From the NCBI GenBank assembly GCA_963821525.1, contig CAWGED010000019.1, forward strand, positions 864,001-928,000: a stretch of 64,000 bases of DNA, written 5' to 3'. Under the pieces are notes generated by a model. It did no database searches and was not told the origin of the DNA. It worked only from the letters and a program-made list of their open reading frames with translations. A program made the translations under genes and the position numbers. Every line of letters starts with the position of its first letter. The first letter of the stretch is position 1. This DNA is from an uncultured Gemmatimonadales bacterium. GTDB lineage: Bacteria > Gemmatimonadota > Gemmatimonadetes > Gemmatimonadales > GWC2-71-9. Positions 23,491-34,871 of the stretch are shown here, piece by piece.

Positions 23491-25199
23491 CCAGCCGTCT
23501 CCTTGATGACCTCTTCGAGCGTGGACACGCCTCTCTCAATCTTCTTGATTCCGTCCATCCGCAGGGTCAGCATGCCCTCGGCCACCGCCTGATCCCTGAG
23601 CTCCGCCACCGAGGCCCCTCGCAGAATGCCACGCCTGAGGTCGGGTGAGAGAGCCATGACCTCATAAAGGCCCGCTCGCCCCTTATAGCCCGTGCCATTG
23701 CATGTGTCACACCCAGAGCCCTTCTGGAAGGGCAAGTTCCGGACCTTCTCTATATCCTCGTCCAGGGACTTGAGTTCCACATCGGTATAGGTGTGCGGCC
23801 CCTTGCAGTCCTTGCAGATACGCCGTATCAGCCGCTGGGCCACGACCAGGTTGACGGCACTGGCCACATTGAACGCCTCGATCCCCATGTCGATCATGCG
23901 GGTGATCGTGCTGGGTGCGTCATTGGTATGCAAAGTGGAGAGCACCAGGTGCCCCGTGAGTGCGGCTTTGATCGCGATGCCGCCGGTCTCCAGGTCCCGG
24001 ATCTCCCCGATCATGATGATGTTGGGATCCTGTCGCAGGAACGCCTTCAGCGCCGCCGCGAAGGTGAGCCCGATCTCGTTGCGGACCAGGACCTGATTGA
24101 TCCCCATCAGGTTGTACTCGACCGGGTCCTCCGCCGTCATGATGTTGGTCTCGATGGTATTGACCCGGGACAACGCGGAGTAAAGCGTCGTCGTCTTTCC
24201 CGAGCCGGTCGGCCCCGTGACCAGTACCATGCCGTACGGATTCAGAATCGCCTTCATCAAGTCCGCCTCGGCCTTGGGCTCGAAGCCGAACTTGCTGAGA
24301 TCGAGAGTCAGGTTCCCCTTGTCGAGAATTCGCATCACGATCTTCTCGCCGAAGAGCACCGGCAGAGTGGATACCCGGAAGTCGATCACCCGGTTGCCCA
24401 TTTTCAGCTTGAGGCGGCCGTCCTGCGGCACCCGCCGCTCCGCGATATTCAGCTGGGAGAGAATCTTGACGCGCGAGGTGAGCGCGGCCTTCATCTTCAC
24501 CGGTGGCTTCATCACTTCGAGCAGCGCGCCGTCGATGCGGTAACGCACCCGGATTTCGTGCTCGAACGGCTCGATGTGAATGTCCGACGCACCCCGCTTG
24601 ACCGCGTCGGTCAGAATGCCGTTGATCAGCTTAACGACCGGCGCGTCGTTGATCTGCGCCTGGGTCGCGGCCTCCTCCTCTGCGTCCTCCACCACCTCGA
24701 CATCCGTATCACCCATGTTCTCCATGTCCTTCAGCAGCGTCTGCAGCTGCTGATCGGAGGACTCGTAATGCTTTTCCAGGAGATTGCGCAGGGTGTACTC
24801 GCCGGCGATGACCGGGAACAGGTCGTACCGGGTAATGAACTTCAGGTCGTCGAGCACCCCGGTGTTGGTGGGGTCCGCCATGGCGACGGTCAGGGTGCGT
24901 CCTTCGCGCTTGAGCGGGAGCAGGATGTGTTTCAGCGCGAAGTCCCCGGGGACCATCTTGAGGATCCTCGGATCCACCTCGAACCGGGACAGGTCCACCG
25001 CCGGCATCCGATACTGGCGGGCCAGGACCTTGGTGACCTCCAGCTCCTGCACCAGTCCCAGTTTGACCAGAACGTAGCCCAACCGGTGTCCGGTGGACTT
25101 TTGCTCGCTCAGGGCCGCCGAGAGTTGCTCACGTGTGATGAGCCCTTCGCGGATGAGTATGTCACCCAGCCGATCGTTGCTGGCCGCAGCTGTCGCCAT
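23487..25199 (-). CDS. pilB: Type IV-A pilus assembly ATPase
   Basis: N-terminal RLGDILI (MshEN-like), SDIHIEP, ERRVPQDG, GPTGSGKTTT, LRQDP, tetracysteine motif. Confidence 0.95.
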   Translation of the reverse strand: MATAAASNDRLGDILIREGLITREQLSAALSEQKSTGHRLGYVLVKLGLVQELEVTKVLARQYRMPAVDLSRFEVDPRILKMVPGDFALKHILLPLKREGRTLTVAMADPTNTGVLDDLKFITRYDLFPVIAGEYTLRNLLEKHYESSDQQLQTLLKDMENMGDTDVEVVEDAEEEAATQAQINDAPVVKLINGILTDAVKRGASDIHIEPFEHEIRVRYRIDGALLEVMKPPVKMKAALTSRVKILSQLNIAERRVPQDGRLKLKMGNRVIDFRVSTLPVLFGEKIVMRILDKGNLTLDLSKFGFEPKAEADLMKAILNPYGMVLVTGPTGSGKTTTLYSALSRVNTIETNIMTAEDPVEYNLMGINQVLVRNEIGLTFAAALKAFLRQDPNIIMIGEIRDLETGGIAIKAALTGHLVLSTLHTNDAPSTITRMIDMGIEAFNVASAVNLVVAQRLIRRICKDCKGPHTYTDVELKSLDEDIEKVRNLPFQKGSGCDTCNGTGYKGRAGLYEVMALSPDLRRGILRGASVAELRDQAVAEGMLTLRMDGIKKIERGVSTLEEVIKETAG

Positions 25200-25252
25200 C
25201 TCGCCAAGATTCGGATTGTGAGGAATGACAACGGTTTAGGGCACTTCCTCCT

Positions 25253-25280
25253 AAGCTAGATAGAGGGGTGGGGGTGTCAA
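25253..25280 (-). promoter_or_regulatory. Possible sigma70-like promoter of pilBTC
   Basis: Minus strand TTGACA-N16-TAGCTT. Confidence 0.4.
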
Positions 25281-25323
25281 GTCGTGAGCCGCACCGGAAT
25301 GACTTTGCCGGCTGGCAGAATTT

Positions 25324-25932
25324 CTACTGGACTGCCAAGGATTCTCGCACTTTGGCCAGGGTGGCGGGTCCGATTCCTCCTACCTTGAGCAGTTCGTCCA
25401 CGTTGCCAAAGGACCCGTGCCGGGTGCGATAGGCCACGATCCGACCGGCCATGTACGGGCCGATTCCGGCGAGGCGCTCGAAGGCCGCGGAGTCTGCCGC
25501 ATTGATGTTGAGAGTCGCGCGGTGAACCGAGGGTTCGACCGTTGGTCGTCCGGAAAACACGACATGAGGGGAGAGACCTGCCAGGAGACCCGGACCGACT
25601 CCCGGCACTCGATCGAGTCCTTGAAGACTCCCGAAGGGCCCACGGGCATCGCGATCGGCTTTGATGGTTTTGGCCAGGGTGCGTCCCACTCGAGGTAACC
25701 TGGCGATGTCATCCACCGAGGCCTTATCCAGATCGATCATCTCTCCGGGAGCGAGCGGCCGGTCCAGACTCATTGATCGCTCGCGCTGAGCCGCGAGCGG
25801 CTGACTGGAATCCGGAGGAAGAAGGACCAGGCCACCAGGTGCGGTATCGGGACGATTCCACCAGACCCGAATGCCCTGCCCCACGAGGGCAAGCCCCAGC
25901 AGGAGGAGGATGGCGCGACGCTCCGGGCCCAT
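25324..25932 (-). CDS. comEA: ComEA-family helix-hairpin-helix DNA-binding protein
   Basis: N-terminal TM and two HhH domains (LPRVG..VPGVGP; LNINAA..LAGIGP..GGIGP). Confidence 0.8.
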   Translation of the reverse strand: MGPERRAILLLLGLALVGQGIRVWWNRPDTAPGGLVLLPPDSSQPLAAQRERSMSLDRPLAPGEMIDLDKASVDDIARLPRVGRTLAKTIKADRDARGPFGSLQGLDRVPGVGPGLLAGLSPHVVFSGRPTVEPSVHRATLNINAADSAAFERLAGIGPYMAGRIVAYRTRHGSFGNVDELLKVGGIGPATLAKVRESLAVQ

Positions 25933-25989
25933 GGCCCATGGTAGCGCTGAAGTCGCGAGAAGGGCTTACCGGGAAAATGCGGGTATGGG

Positions 25990-26925
25990 TTACTTCTCTG
26001 CTTTCCTTACCAAGGCCATCCCCACGTCGCCCACGACCTGAAGAGATTGGGCGCTGACCTTATCGAGAGTGTCTGCGGGAGTGTGCCAGTAGAGGCGCCC
26101 CACGCTGTCGGGATAAGCGAAATCGACGACGTCGATGGCTCGGATGCCCACCTTCTGCAGCTCCACGTGATCGTCGATCAGTGTCGGCCCGAGGCCGGGA
26201 GAGTAGACGAAGACGCTGCCGTGCCCGATTTCCCTCGCCGTATTCCAGACCAGCTCTACGACTTCCGGGGCGGCGAGCAGCGACTGTCCCTCGGGCAGCA
26301 GCTTGAGATCCTTGTCGGCCACGAGGTCGAAGAGCACGGCGTAGAGTGGGAGCTGGCCGGGCTCCAGGTGCCGGGCGTAATAGCGCGACCCGATGAGAAC
26401 GTCGTCCTTCTCCTTCTCAAAATCGCCGTAGTCCTCCCCATCCACAAACAGCAGGTCTATGCCAACGCCTTTGGGTGGGGACTTTTTGAGGACGTCCGCC
26501 ATTCCCATCAGCACGGCGGTGCCGGAGGCGCCATCGTTGGCTCCGGGAACCGGCGTGTGGGGACCGTTGTACTTCGGGTTGTCGGAGCGTGGCCTGGTGT
26601 CCCAGTGGGCCAGGAAGAGGAGCCGATCGCGGGAGCCGGGATTGAACCGCGCGATGAGATTGGTGAGCGGCAGCGTGTCACCTTTCTGGGTGACGTGCTT
26701 CCAGCTCTGCACGACTACTGTGTCGGCACGCTGGCGCAGCAGCGAATCCATCCAGGCAGCCTGTGCCTCGTGCGCCGGAGTCCCCGGAATTCGGTAGCCG
26801 AAACCGACCTGCCGCTGCAGGTAGGTGAAGGCGGTAGCGCCGTCGAACTCGTGGAGAGGAATGTCTGCCTTTGGCGAGCAGGCGAAGAAGCCGAGGGCGA
26901 GGAGTTGGAGGTGGCGAATGGTCAT
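25990..26925 (-). CDS. M28-family lipoprotein, glutaminyl cyclase-like
   Basis: Lipobox-like FFA|C; AHWDTRP, GANDGASG, DGEDYG, DDH, WHT..D zinc and catalytic motifs. Confidence 0.8.
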   Translation of the reverse strand: MTIRHLQLLALGFFACSPKADIPLHEFDGATAFTYLQRQVGFGYRIPGTPAHEAQAAWMDSLLRQRADTVVVQSWKHVTQKGDTLPLTNLIARFNPGSRDRLLFLAHWDTRPRSDNPKYNGPHTPVPGANDGASGTAVLMGMADVLKKSPPKGVGIDLLFVDGEDYGDFEKEKDDVLIGSRYYARHLEPGQLPLYAVLFDLVADKDLKLLPEGQSLLAAPEVVELVWNTAREIGHGSVFVYSPGLGPTLIDDHVELQKVGIRAIDVVDFAYPDSVGRLYWHTPADTLDKVSAQSLQVVGDVGMALVRKAEK

Positions 26926-26946
26926 GGGGTAGGTGGACGTTGTCGG

Positions 26947-27038
26947 TGGTCAATGGTCGATGGTCAATGGCCGACAGTCAATAGAGGTCATTCGTGAGTC
27001 TTGAGGCTCATCGACCATTGACCCTCGACCATCGGCTG
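26947..27038. repeat. Paired inverted 7-bp tandem arrays (TGGTCRA x5, then TYGACCA x4)
   Basis: 26947..26981 tggtcaa tggtcga tggtcaa tggccga cagtcaa; 27011..27038 tcgacca ttgaccc tcgacca tcggctg. Confidence 0.8.
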
Positions 27039-27052
27039 TCGCCTCTAGAAGG

Positions 27053-30000
27053 CTACCGGTAATCTCCCGCAAACAACGACAACTGCACCGAGGCCGTGAT
27101 GATGATTTGGGAGAACTTCCGGTTGATGTGCCGCGCCTCGTTGACCGAATAGGAGAACTGCAGTCCCGCCGACAGCGTCTGCATGACATCGGTATCGACA
27201 CCGGCCCGGAGCTCCTGCCGCCGGGTATCCGATGTGACCTCGCATTCTGACACACTCGGCCGATCGAGGCAGGTGATCGCCTTGGACCAGAGTGCAGTGA
27301 GCGAGGAGCGCGCGACCTTCTTCTGCCGGTTGATCCGGAACGGGAGGGGGAAGGAATAGTTCAGGCTGCCGTTGATGTCATCCTGGTTCAGGCGGTTGAG
27401 GTTTCCGTTGTTCTCCGATTCCTGGTCCAACATGTTGTACGCGACCGTGAGGGCCACACCATTGGTAAACCCGACCTGGAGATCGGGCGTGACCGAAGAG
27501 GACTTGGTGGAGCTCACCGTCGGTTCGGCGCCGATGGCGCCCGGGGAGGTGGTTGTCCCTTCCCTCACCCGGAACGCCGTGCCCAAGCCGAGCAGGGAAA
27601 ACGGTCCGTTCCGCAGCGTGCGAGTCCACCGGACGTTGCCACTGGGCCACTCTCGCTGCAGGCTCTCGGTGTTGAGATAGCGGCCGACGATCTGCTGGAA
27701 GCGGTTCGACCGAATTCGGGAGTAGGTGAGTTGCGCACTGATCCCGAATGGCAGGTCCGCACCGCCGCTGAATGACGTGGTGCGCGTCTCGGTGGCGGCG
27801 ATCGCCTTCTCACCCTCCTGGTTGAGGAAGTCCTCCAACCCGCCGAGCGCCAGCATGTACGACAGACCGGGATCAAAGGTCGCGAGATCGTAGGTCGAGG
27901 TGTGCCCCAGGCGGTCGCTCAAATCGAAGGGGCGAGCCCGGCGGGCCAGCCGGCCTATCGACGTACTATCTCCGAAGATCCCCGCCAGGATTCCGCCCAG
28001 ATCAAATCCGACTCCAATCTCGTTCTGCCGGCCGTTGTTCAGCGTCTGGGGGAGAATGAAGGCGCCCGCGGTGTCATCGATTTCCCGGACCGGATCGCGG
28101 CTGGTCAGGCTGCGGGAGAGCACGAAGGTGCTGCCGCTGATCAGGCGGGGCCGCAGCCAGGACGTGACCCTCGGAGTAAGCCCGAACGTCGTGGTGAGGG
28201 TTCGGTCGCGCTCGACTCCAACATCGATGCCCAGGAACTGCTTCCTCGAGTCGCCGACCAGTCGCCCGAGCGAGGTCGAATCGGGATAGTCACGAAGATC
28301 CCGGGTGCTGGCGAGGTCTCCCGAGAGCCGGAGCATTCCGAGCGGCTGCCAGGTCATTCCGGCGGAGTTGCGCCAGAGGTCGGTGAGCGACTGGAGCACC
28401 GGAAGCAGCGAGTCCGAGGCCCGTTCCACCGGCACTCCAAACGAGGTGAGTTGCGACTCGTTCTTGAGCAACCCGCTGGATAGGCGCACCGAGGTCGGTG
28501 CCAGGTTCACGAAGGGCCGGCGCAGCCCCTCTCCGCCCTGGCTGTTCTTGAGGAACCCGGGCAGATGGTCCACCAGACCTCCGAGATTGAGACCGAACCC
28601 GCCTCGTCCAGGAATCAGCGCATAGACCGCATTGTACGCCTGGGCGTTGGAGCTGGCGGAGGAAAGCTCGGTCTGGCTCCGGCCGTCGGTGAGGGCGGCG
28701 TTGAGGGACAGCGGGTCGAAGAACCCTCGCACCCACCACGAACGGCCGCGTGTCGCTCGCCGCAGTGAGACGGTCCAGGCGAGCGTCCAGCTCTCCGGCT
28801 TCCGGAGGTTGGTGAGGTCGGAGCCCCGGATGTCGGTACCGGTCAGCAGCTCCGGGTTGGTACCGCTCCGGACATACGACACACCAAACGGCATCGAGAT
28901 GCCGAGTGAGGTGGGAAGGAACCGCTCGAGTCGCAGCGAGCTTGCCGCGGTGAGGACACCGGTCGTGCGGTAACTCGGATCCTGACCCAGTTGCTGGAAG
29001 AATCCGTCCTGCCAGACGTACCCAAGACTGAAGTCGCCAACGTCGGACGCCGTGAGGTGCGCATCGAGCGCCATCGCAGTACCGAGGTTCGATACCGGCT
29101 CCACCAGTCGAATGTCGTCGATCCAGACTTCCGCACTGTCGGTGCTGGCGTTGGACGCCACTCTGAGAATTCCGGCGGCAAGCTCCTGGACAGCGGCAAG
29201 GTTCGGTGGACTCACATCGGGATCACCGACGTGAACCAGGTAGCCGTTGTTGTTGCAAAGCACGTACGCGGTGGAAATCGTATCGCCGCCGCAGGCGACG
29301 CGAGTCGCGCTATCGGCTGGAAGGCCCTGGAGCCGTCGCGACTCGATCTGCGCCCGCATATCGCGGAAGACCTCCAGATTGACGGCGATCTCCGGCAACC
29401 ATGTCGTAGTGGATGAGCGGGTCCGGTATTCATAGAAGTTCCGGCTGTCGCTACCCATGCGGATGTAGGCCTCGTAATCGCCTTCGAGCCAGCCATCGCC
29501 CGAACCGCGGGCCCACACTCTGAGCTCCCGATAGCCCAGCACGTTCTGGGGGCCGCTGGGAAACCGGAAGTACGCCTCGGCGCGCTGCCCCTGGGTGAAC
29601 CGGCTGGCCACGATCCGGAGCGAGCGCTCGTTGATCTGCCGCCCAAACTCGTCAACTGCGCCGCCCTTGCTGGAAGTGGATCCGCTGACACCCGGCGGCG
29701 AGACGTAGCCCAGCTCGCTGTTCTCGGTGGAGATGGTAGAGGCAACGACCTCTCCAATCGGTGCCCCGGTCGCCCCCTGGATGCTTGCGATAGGCGATTC
29801 GGCCCGGCGGACCCAGGGAGCACCCAGGAACCGCATGCGGCCGAGCGCGAAGCGGGCGACGATATCCGAGCCCCCCTGGTCGGGATCGGCTACTACGGTC
29901 AACCGCAGGTGCTGAATCAACCTGATGTTGGGTGTGCCCAGCTCGAACTCCGGCCGCCGGAGCGGAATTCGGTAGAGCTTCCATCCCGCGATCGAATCGG

Positions 30001-33000
30001 CGGCGAAAACCCCGTTCCGCACGAAGTACTTGGGATCGGTGACGTCCACCACCCAGCGGAAAACGTTCTCGGCGGTGCCAGTGGCGTTGAGGAAGTTGTC
30101 GTTGTTCAAGTCTTCCGTGTCGAGCAACCCATTGCCATTGGTACAGCGGGCGCCCAGGTCGCCCCAGCGGTAAACCGGGACGGTGCTGCTCAGCACCCGC
30201 TGGCAGAGGGCCGGGTTGAGGACCGGCCCCGAGGGCGAAAAGATCGTGTCCGGCCGGTCGGAGAGGATCCCGATGTCATCCACTTCGGCGTTGAAGATGC
30301 CGGTCGGCTCGCGCTCGGTATTGAGCAGGTTCAATCCGTCGTATCTCCTTCCCGTGAAGGTTGAGTCGACATGGACACTATCGGGCGCCAACGCGAGCGC
30401 GTCCTCATTCACGCTGCCCAGATCGACTACGATCTGGACGTGGGCGGAATCCGCCGTCCGGGGATTGCCCTCGAACACCCAGAACTCGAGAAACTCGTTC
30501 TTGGAGAGGTCGACGCCGGTGCTGCTCAAGGCGGAAACCATTGAACGCCAGCGCGGACGGTTGGGCCGAGCCGGCAGTGACCAGAGCGAGTGATTGTTCT
30601 GCTGGACGATGCCGCCCGCCGTATCGGCATGCAGGGTGGTATAGAGCACCGTCTCCAGCTGATCCGCGGAACCAGCCACCTGGATGCTGGGATCAATGTC
30701 CTTGGCACGCAGCTCCACGACGCCGCCGGTGCCGTTGGGGATCAGATTCTGCCAGGTCATCTGGACAGCATCGGCGCTGTCGAACGAGGCGCCAACCACC
30801 TGCGTCACGCCATCGGCGAACTGCGGCTTGCTGGAGAACTCCCACAAGTTCTCCCGGAGTGAGACCGGCACTCCGTTGTCGCCCTCGAACTCCTCCAGGT
30901 AAGCCTGTCCTGACCGGTTGGGATCCGGCCGCGTCACGGCGAACTCGGCGTTGACGTCCAGCCGAGAAGGCGCGACGGCGGGACTCGAGGTGAGCTTGTT
31001 GAAGAAGCGGGTTACCGCGTCCGGCTTGAAGCGCAGGTCGGTGCTGATCCCGCCCACCATGTTCGCGCTGGCCTCGAAGCCCAGCTGAGGACGATTGAAG
31101 GCGGATTGCTCCACCTGGTAGATGCCGATCAGGTTGATCCCGCCGGTCTGACCGAGAGAGTAGCGACTGGCCACACCGTAGATCGAAGTCGGAGCAATGG
31201 CGAATATGCCGCGCTCCTCGAATCGGGCGGTTACCTGGGTGGTTCCCGCGGTCCCAAACAGCCCGTCGGGATCGAGGAAGGTGATCTGGCCAACGTCGTA
31301 GGAGATGTTGTAGTCCACTCCCCGCTCGAGCACCCGGCCGTTCACAATGAGCTGCTCGCTCCCGTCGCGGATCTGCAGCGCGTTGAGGTCAAGCGTGCTC
31401 CGGTCTCCGGTGCTGCTGGCGTTGTACTGCAGGCGCAGGACGAACTTTGCCGGAGGCCCCTCCTGAAACAGCAGGTAGATCGGCGTCTTATAGAGGGAGT
31501 CCGACACCTCGGACAGGTTGAGCTTGGTACTGTCGGCGAAGGGAATCAGCGTGGGGAAGATGATGTACGCTTCCCTCACCGTCTGGTCGGCCGCCGCGTC
31601 CCGGACTCGGGGGAACAGCCGGTCCTGAAGATTGAAGAGGGTCGGATCGCTGGAGGTCGAGAGGCCCAGTTGGGAGAGGTAGGTCGGCTGCGCACCCGGC
31701 TTGAGAGGCCGCTCCGACTGGTTAAGCGTGATGGTCAGCTTGAGCGAGGTCAGGATCCAGGTCGGTGCCAGCCACCCGGTAGACCTGCCGCATCTCGTGC
31801 CGGAACGTCGGCTTGGTCGCGTCCACCTTCGGCTCGACGATGAGCCGAAGGGTATCCCGGGCCGCTCCGCCCGGAGGCGGGGGATTGTCCCGGGCCGGGA
31901 AGGTGCCGACCTGCCCCGCCGGCGTCGTGTAGCTGACGGCCAGATAGTCGTTGCGGTCCAGCCGGGTGCCCAGCGCAAACCAAAGCCCCGAGCCATCCAG
32001 GTAGTAGTCGGTTCCCTGAATGAGGAGCTCCCAGATCGCGTTCACCCGCTGGGTGGGATCTGCGCCGATGGCGATGGCGGTAATGCCGCCCAGGTTGGGG
32101 TTGGTGCCGTTGTGGGTCGCCGAGGGACGGTACCGATAGATCCTGACCTGCACCGGCTGGCTCGGCGCCGGCGCCTGCGCCGGATTCAAGGTGAGAATGT
32201 CCAGCGCGGGATACCCGGGGAGCAGCTGGGGATCCACCACCCAGAAGAACCTTCCGCTCTCGAAGTCGAGATCGCGGAGCAGCCGGTCCTGGGGCTGCAC
32301 CGTGGTGGCGCCTACCGTATAGGTCCGTTCGGCGACCTGACTCCCCTTCTGCGTTGCGGCGATGGTCTGGAGCTGGAGGGCTCCCACCTCGAAGGTCGCG
32401 TTGACTCCGAAGTTGTTGGCGGGGATCGAGGCAGTAATGAAGCGCGAGGAGGGTGGGCGGAATGTTACCGTTCCGACTTCGACCCGTCGCACAATCTCGT
32501 CGGGAAGCCCCTCGTAATAGATCTGAAAGTTGTTCTTGGCGTTGAAGTCGCGTGAGGTGTCATAGTCCACGTCGACGTGGAGCCGGCGAGCGAGGAGCCC
32601 GCCAGAGACGATACTGAGCTCAGTGTCGAAACGTGGAGCCTTGAATCCTCCCGAGCAGCCCGAATTGGGGTCGAGCAGCTCAATCGGCGTACACCGTTCG
32701 TTCTTGAGCCGTTCGGTCCGGATTTCCAGCCTGGCGTTACCATCGATGGTAAGGTCCACGTACTTGCGAGAGATCCCGATCAACCCCTTTTCGTTGCGGA
32801 GCGAATCGGCCTCAAATTGATCCATGGCCTTCTGGCCATAGACCTCCTTCAGACGGTGGGCAGTGAGCTCGGACACCCGGTTCGAATCCACCGCTGCGCG
32901 AAGGCCCGTTTCCCACGCTTCGCCGGCTTGGCCGGGCAGGGTCCGACGTCCCCCATACCAGGGGTTTCGCAGGGTGGGGGGCTCCTGGAGAGTGAGGTCG

Positions 33001-33245
33001 GGCCCGTGGAAGCGCAGCCACTGCGGGACAGGAGGGACGGTATCGGCAGTCGCCTGCGAGACCGTATCCACCCGCGCCGGCGGCAAGGTGTCCGCCCGAG
33101 CTGGCTGCAACGTATCCACCTGCGCCGCCATCCTTCCGGGCAGGGCCAGCAGGATGGTCAGGGCGAAGAGATTACGCGCCACTCGTAGAGAATTGACCGG
33201 GGGCGAAATGGCGAAGTCGGGCTTGAAGGCGAGGGACACCGGCAA
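27053..33245 (-). CDS. sprA: SprA/Sov-like very large outer membrane beta-barrel (T9SS translocon homologue); one frameshift near 31750
   Basis: ~2000 aa when joined; VDVDYD..NNFQIYYEG..VEVGTV..FGV..IAATQKG, LERGVDYNISYDVGQI, EFLEFW..DLGSVNED, LDTEDLNND, WKLYRIPL, VWIDDIR motifs recalled from SprA. True start may be ~60 bp downstream. Confidence 0.8.
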
Positions 33246-33290
33246 TATAATGACCGTTGGAACTCCTTACAACTCGGAGACTTAGCTCAC

Positions 33291-34871
33291 GTGCGGCTGC
33301 TAGACCGGTACCTGCTTCGGCAACTTCTTCCCCCGCTCCTCTTCGCCTTTACCGCGATGACGAGCATCATGCTGCTCAACCAGGTGGCCCGACGCTTCGG
33401 CCAGCTGGTGGGAAAGGGCTTGCCCTGGACGGTGATCGGCGAGGTGTTTCTCCTCTGCCTGCCTTTCATCATCGCGATGACACTGCCTATGGCGGTCCTG
33501 ATCGCGATGCTCTACACCTACAGCCATCTGGCTGCGGACAGCGAGATCACCGCGATGCGGGCAAGCGGGGTCAGTGTACTGCAAATGCTGCGACCCGCCC
33601 TGCTCGCCGGAGGCACCCTTGCCGTGGTGAACTTCTGGTTCACCGACCAGATCCTGCCGGACAGCAACGCCAAACTGCGCAACCTGCTGATCAACATTCA
33701 GCGCAAGAAGCCCACGCTCGAGATGCGGGAGCAGGTAATCAACGAGATCCCGCCCTCGGGGCTTTTCCTGCGAGCGAGCCGGATCGATCCCAATACGGGC
33801 CGGCTGCGGAATGTGACGATCTACGACATGGCGGCCACCGACGGACGCCGCATCATCTACGCGGACAGTGGAGTGATGGGGTTTTCATCCGACGCCACTG
33901 ATCTCACGCTGCGGCTCTTCGACGGCTCCATTCACGCGTTCAAGGCGACCGAACCCAATCTCATGCAGGTGACCGATTTCTCGGTCAATAACATCCTCGT
34001 CAAAGACGTGTCCAACCGGCTCGACCTGGAAAGCAGCGACGGGGTCCGCGGCGACCGGGAAATGAGCACCTGTGAGATGATGGACGTCGTCTGGGAGGCG
34101 GACTACGAGACCCAGTTGAGCGATCAGCGCCGCGCCACGGCGCTGCAGAAAGATCTTCGCGCGCTGATGGGACTGGAACCGCCGCCTCCGCTGGCCTCTC
34201 CACCCGCGCCCCGGCCAAAGGGCTACTGTCGCGTGTTCCGGCGAGTGGGAGGCTGGCTCAAATCTCAGACGGTTGGGGAAGATTCGTCTACACAAGCCGC
34301 GGCTCCGGTCGACAACATGGAACCTAAACCGGGCGGAGACCGACAAGATCTTCGAGCAGATCGCAGCGACCGGCTTCCGGTCACATCGCTGAAGACCGGA
34401 TTTCCGCAGCCGGCGCGTCAGGCTTCCACTCTGCGACGGCCAATCCCGCTGACTCAGTGGGGAGAAATTTCGGCCGCGCTGGACGAAGGTCGCACTTCGT
34501 CACTTCGAGCCGACCAGTATGAAGTCGAGGTCCACAAGAAGTGGGCGATCAGCGCCGCCTGTCTGGTATTCGCCATCGTGGGCATCCCCATGGCCCTCCG
34601 ATTCCCCCGGGGCGGGATGGGTCTCGTCATCGGCGGCGGGCTGTTCGTCTTCTCGATCTACTACGTCGGCCTGATCGCCGGTGAAGGCCTGGGAAACAAG
34701 GACATCGTTTCGCCGGCCACGGCGATGTGGGCGCCGAACATCATCTTCGCGGTGCTCGGCATCTTCGGCATCTACCGGGTGAGTCGCGAGTCGGGATCCA
34801 CCCGCGGCGGCGACCTCGCCGACCTGTGGGAGTCGCTGACCGGACGCTTCCGCCGGAAGCGGGTCGCCTGA
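33291..34871 (+). CDS. lptF: LPS export ABC transporter permease (LptF/YjgP), long variant
   Basis: LLDRYLLR, LPMAVL..LAADSEITAMRASGVS, EVHKKWA, AMWAPN. Confidence 0.85.
   Translation: MRLLDRYLLRQLLPPLLFAFTAMTSIMLLNQVARRFGQLVGKGLPWTVIGEVFLLCLPFIIAMTLPMAVLIAMLYTYSHLAADSEITAMRASGVSVLQMLRPALLAGGTLAVVNFWFTDQILPDSNAKLRNLLINIQRKKPTLEMREQVINEIPPSGLFLRASRIDPNTGRLRNVTIYDMAATDGRRIIYADSGVMGFSSDATDLTLRLFDGSIHAFKATEPNLMQVTDFSVNNILVKDVSNRLDLESSDGVRGDREMSTCEMMDVVWEADYETQLSDQRRATALQKDLRALMGLEPPPPLASPPAPRPKGYCRVFRRVGGWLKSQTVGEDSSTQAAAPVDNMEPKPGGDRQDLRADRSDRLPVTSLKTGFPQPARQASTLRRPIPLTQWGEISAALDEGRTSSLRADQYEVEVHKKWAISAACLVFAIVGIPMALRFPRGGMGLVIGGGLFVFSIYYVGLIAGEGLGNKDIVSPATAMWAPNIIFAVLGIFGIYRVSRESGSTRGGDLADLWESLTGRFRRKRVA

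Noticed and set aside
21139..25932. pilBTC plus comEA as a novel system
   Set aside because: Standard type IV pilus and competence genes.
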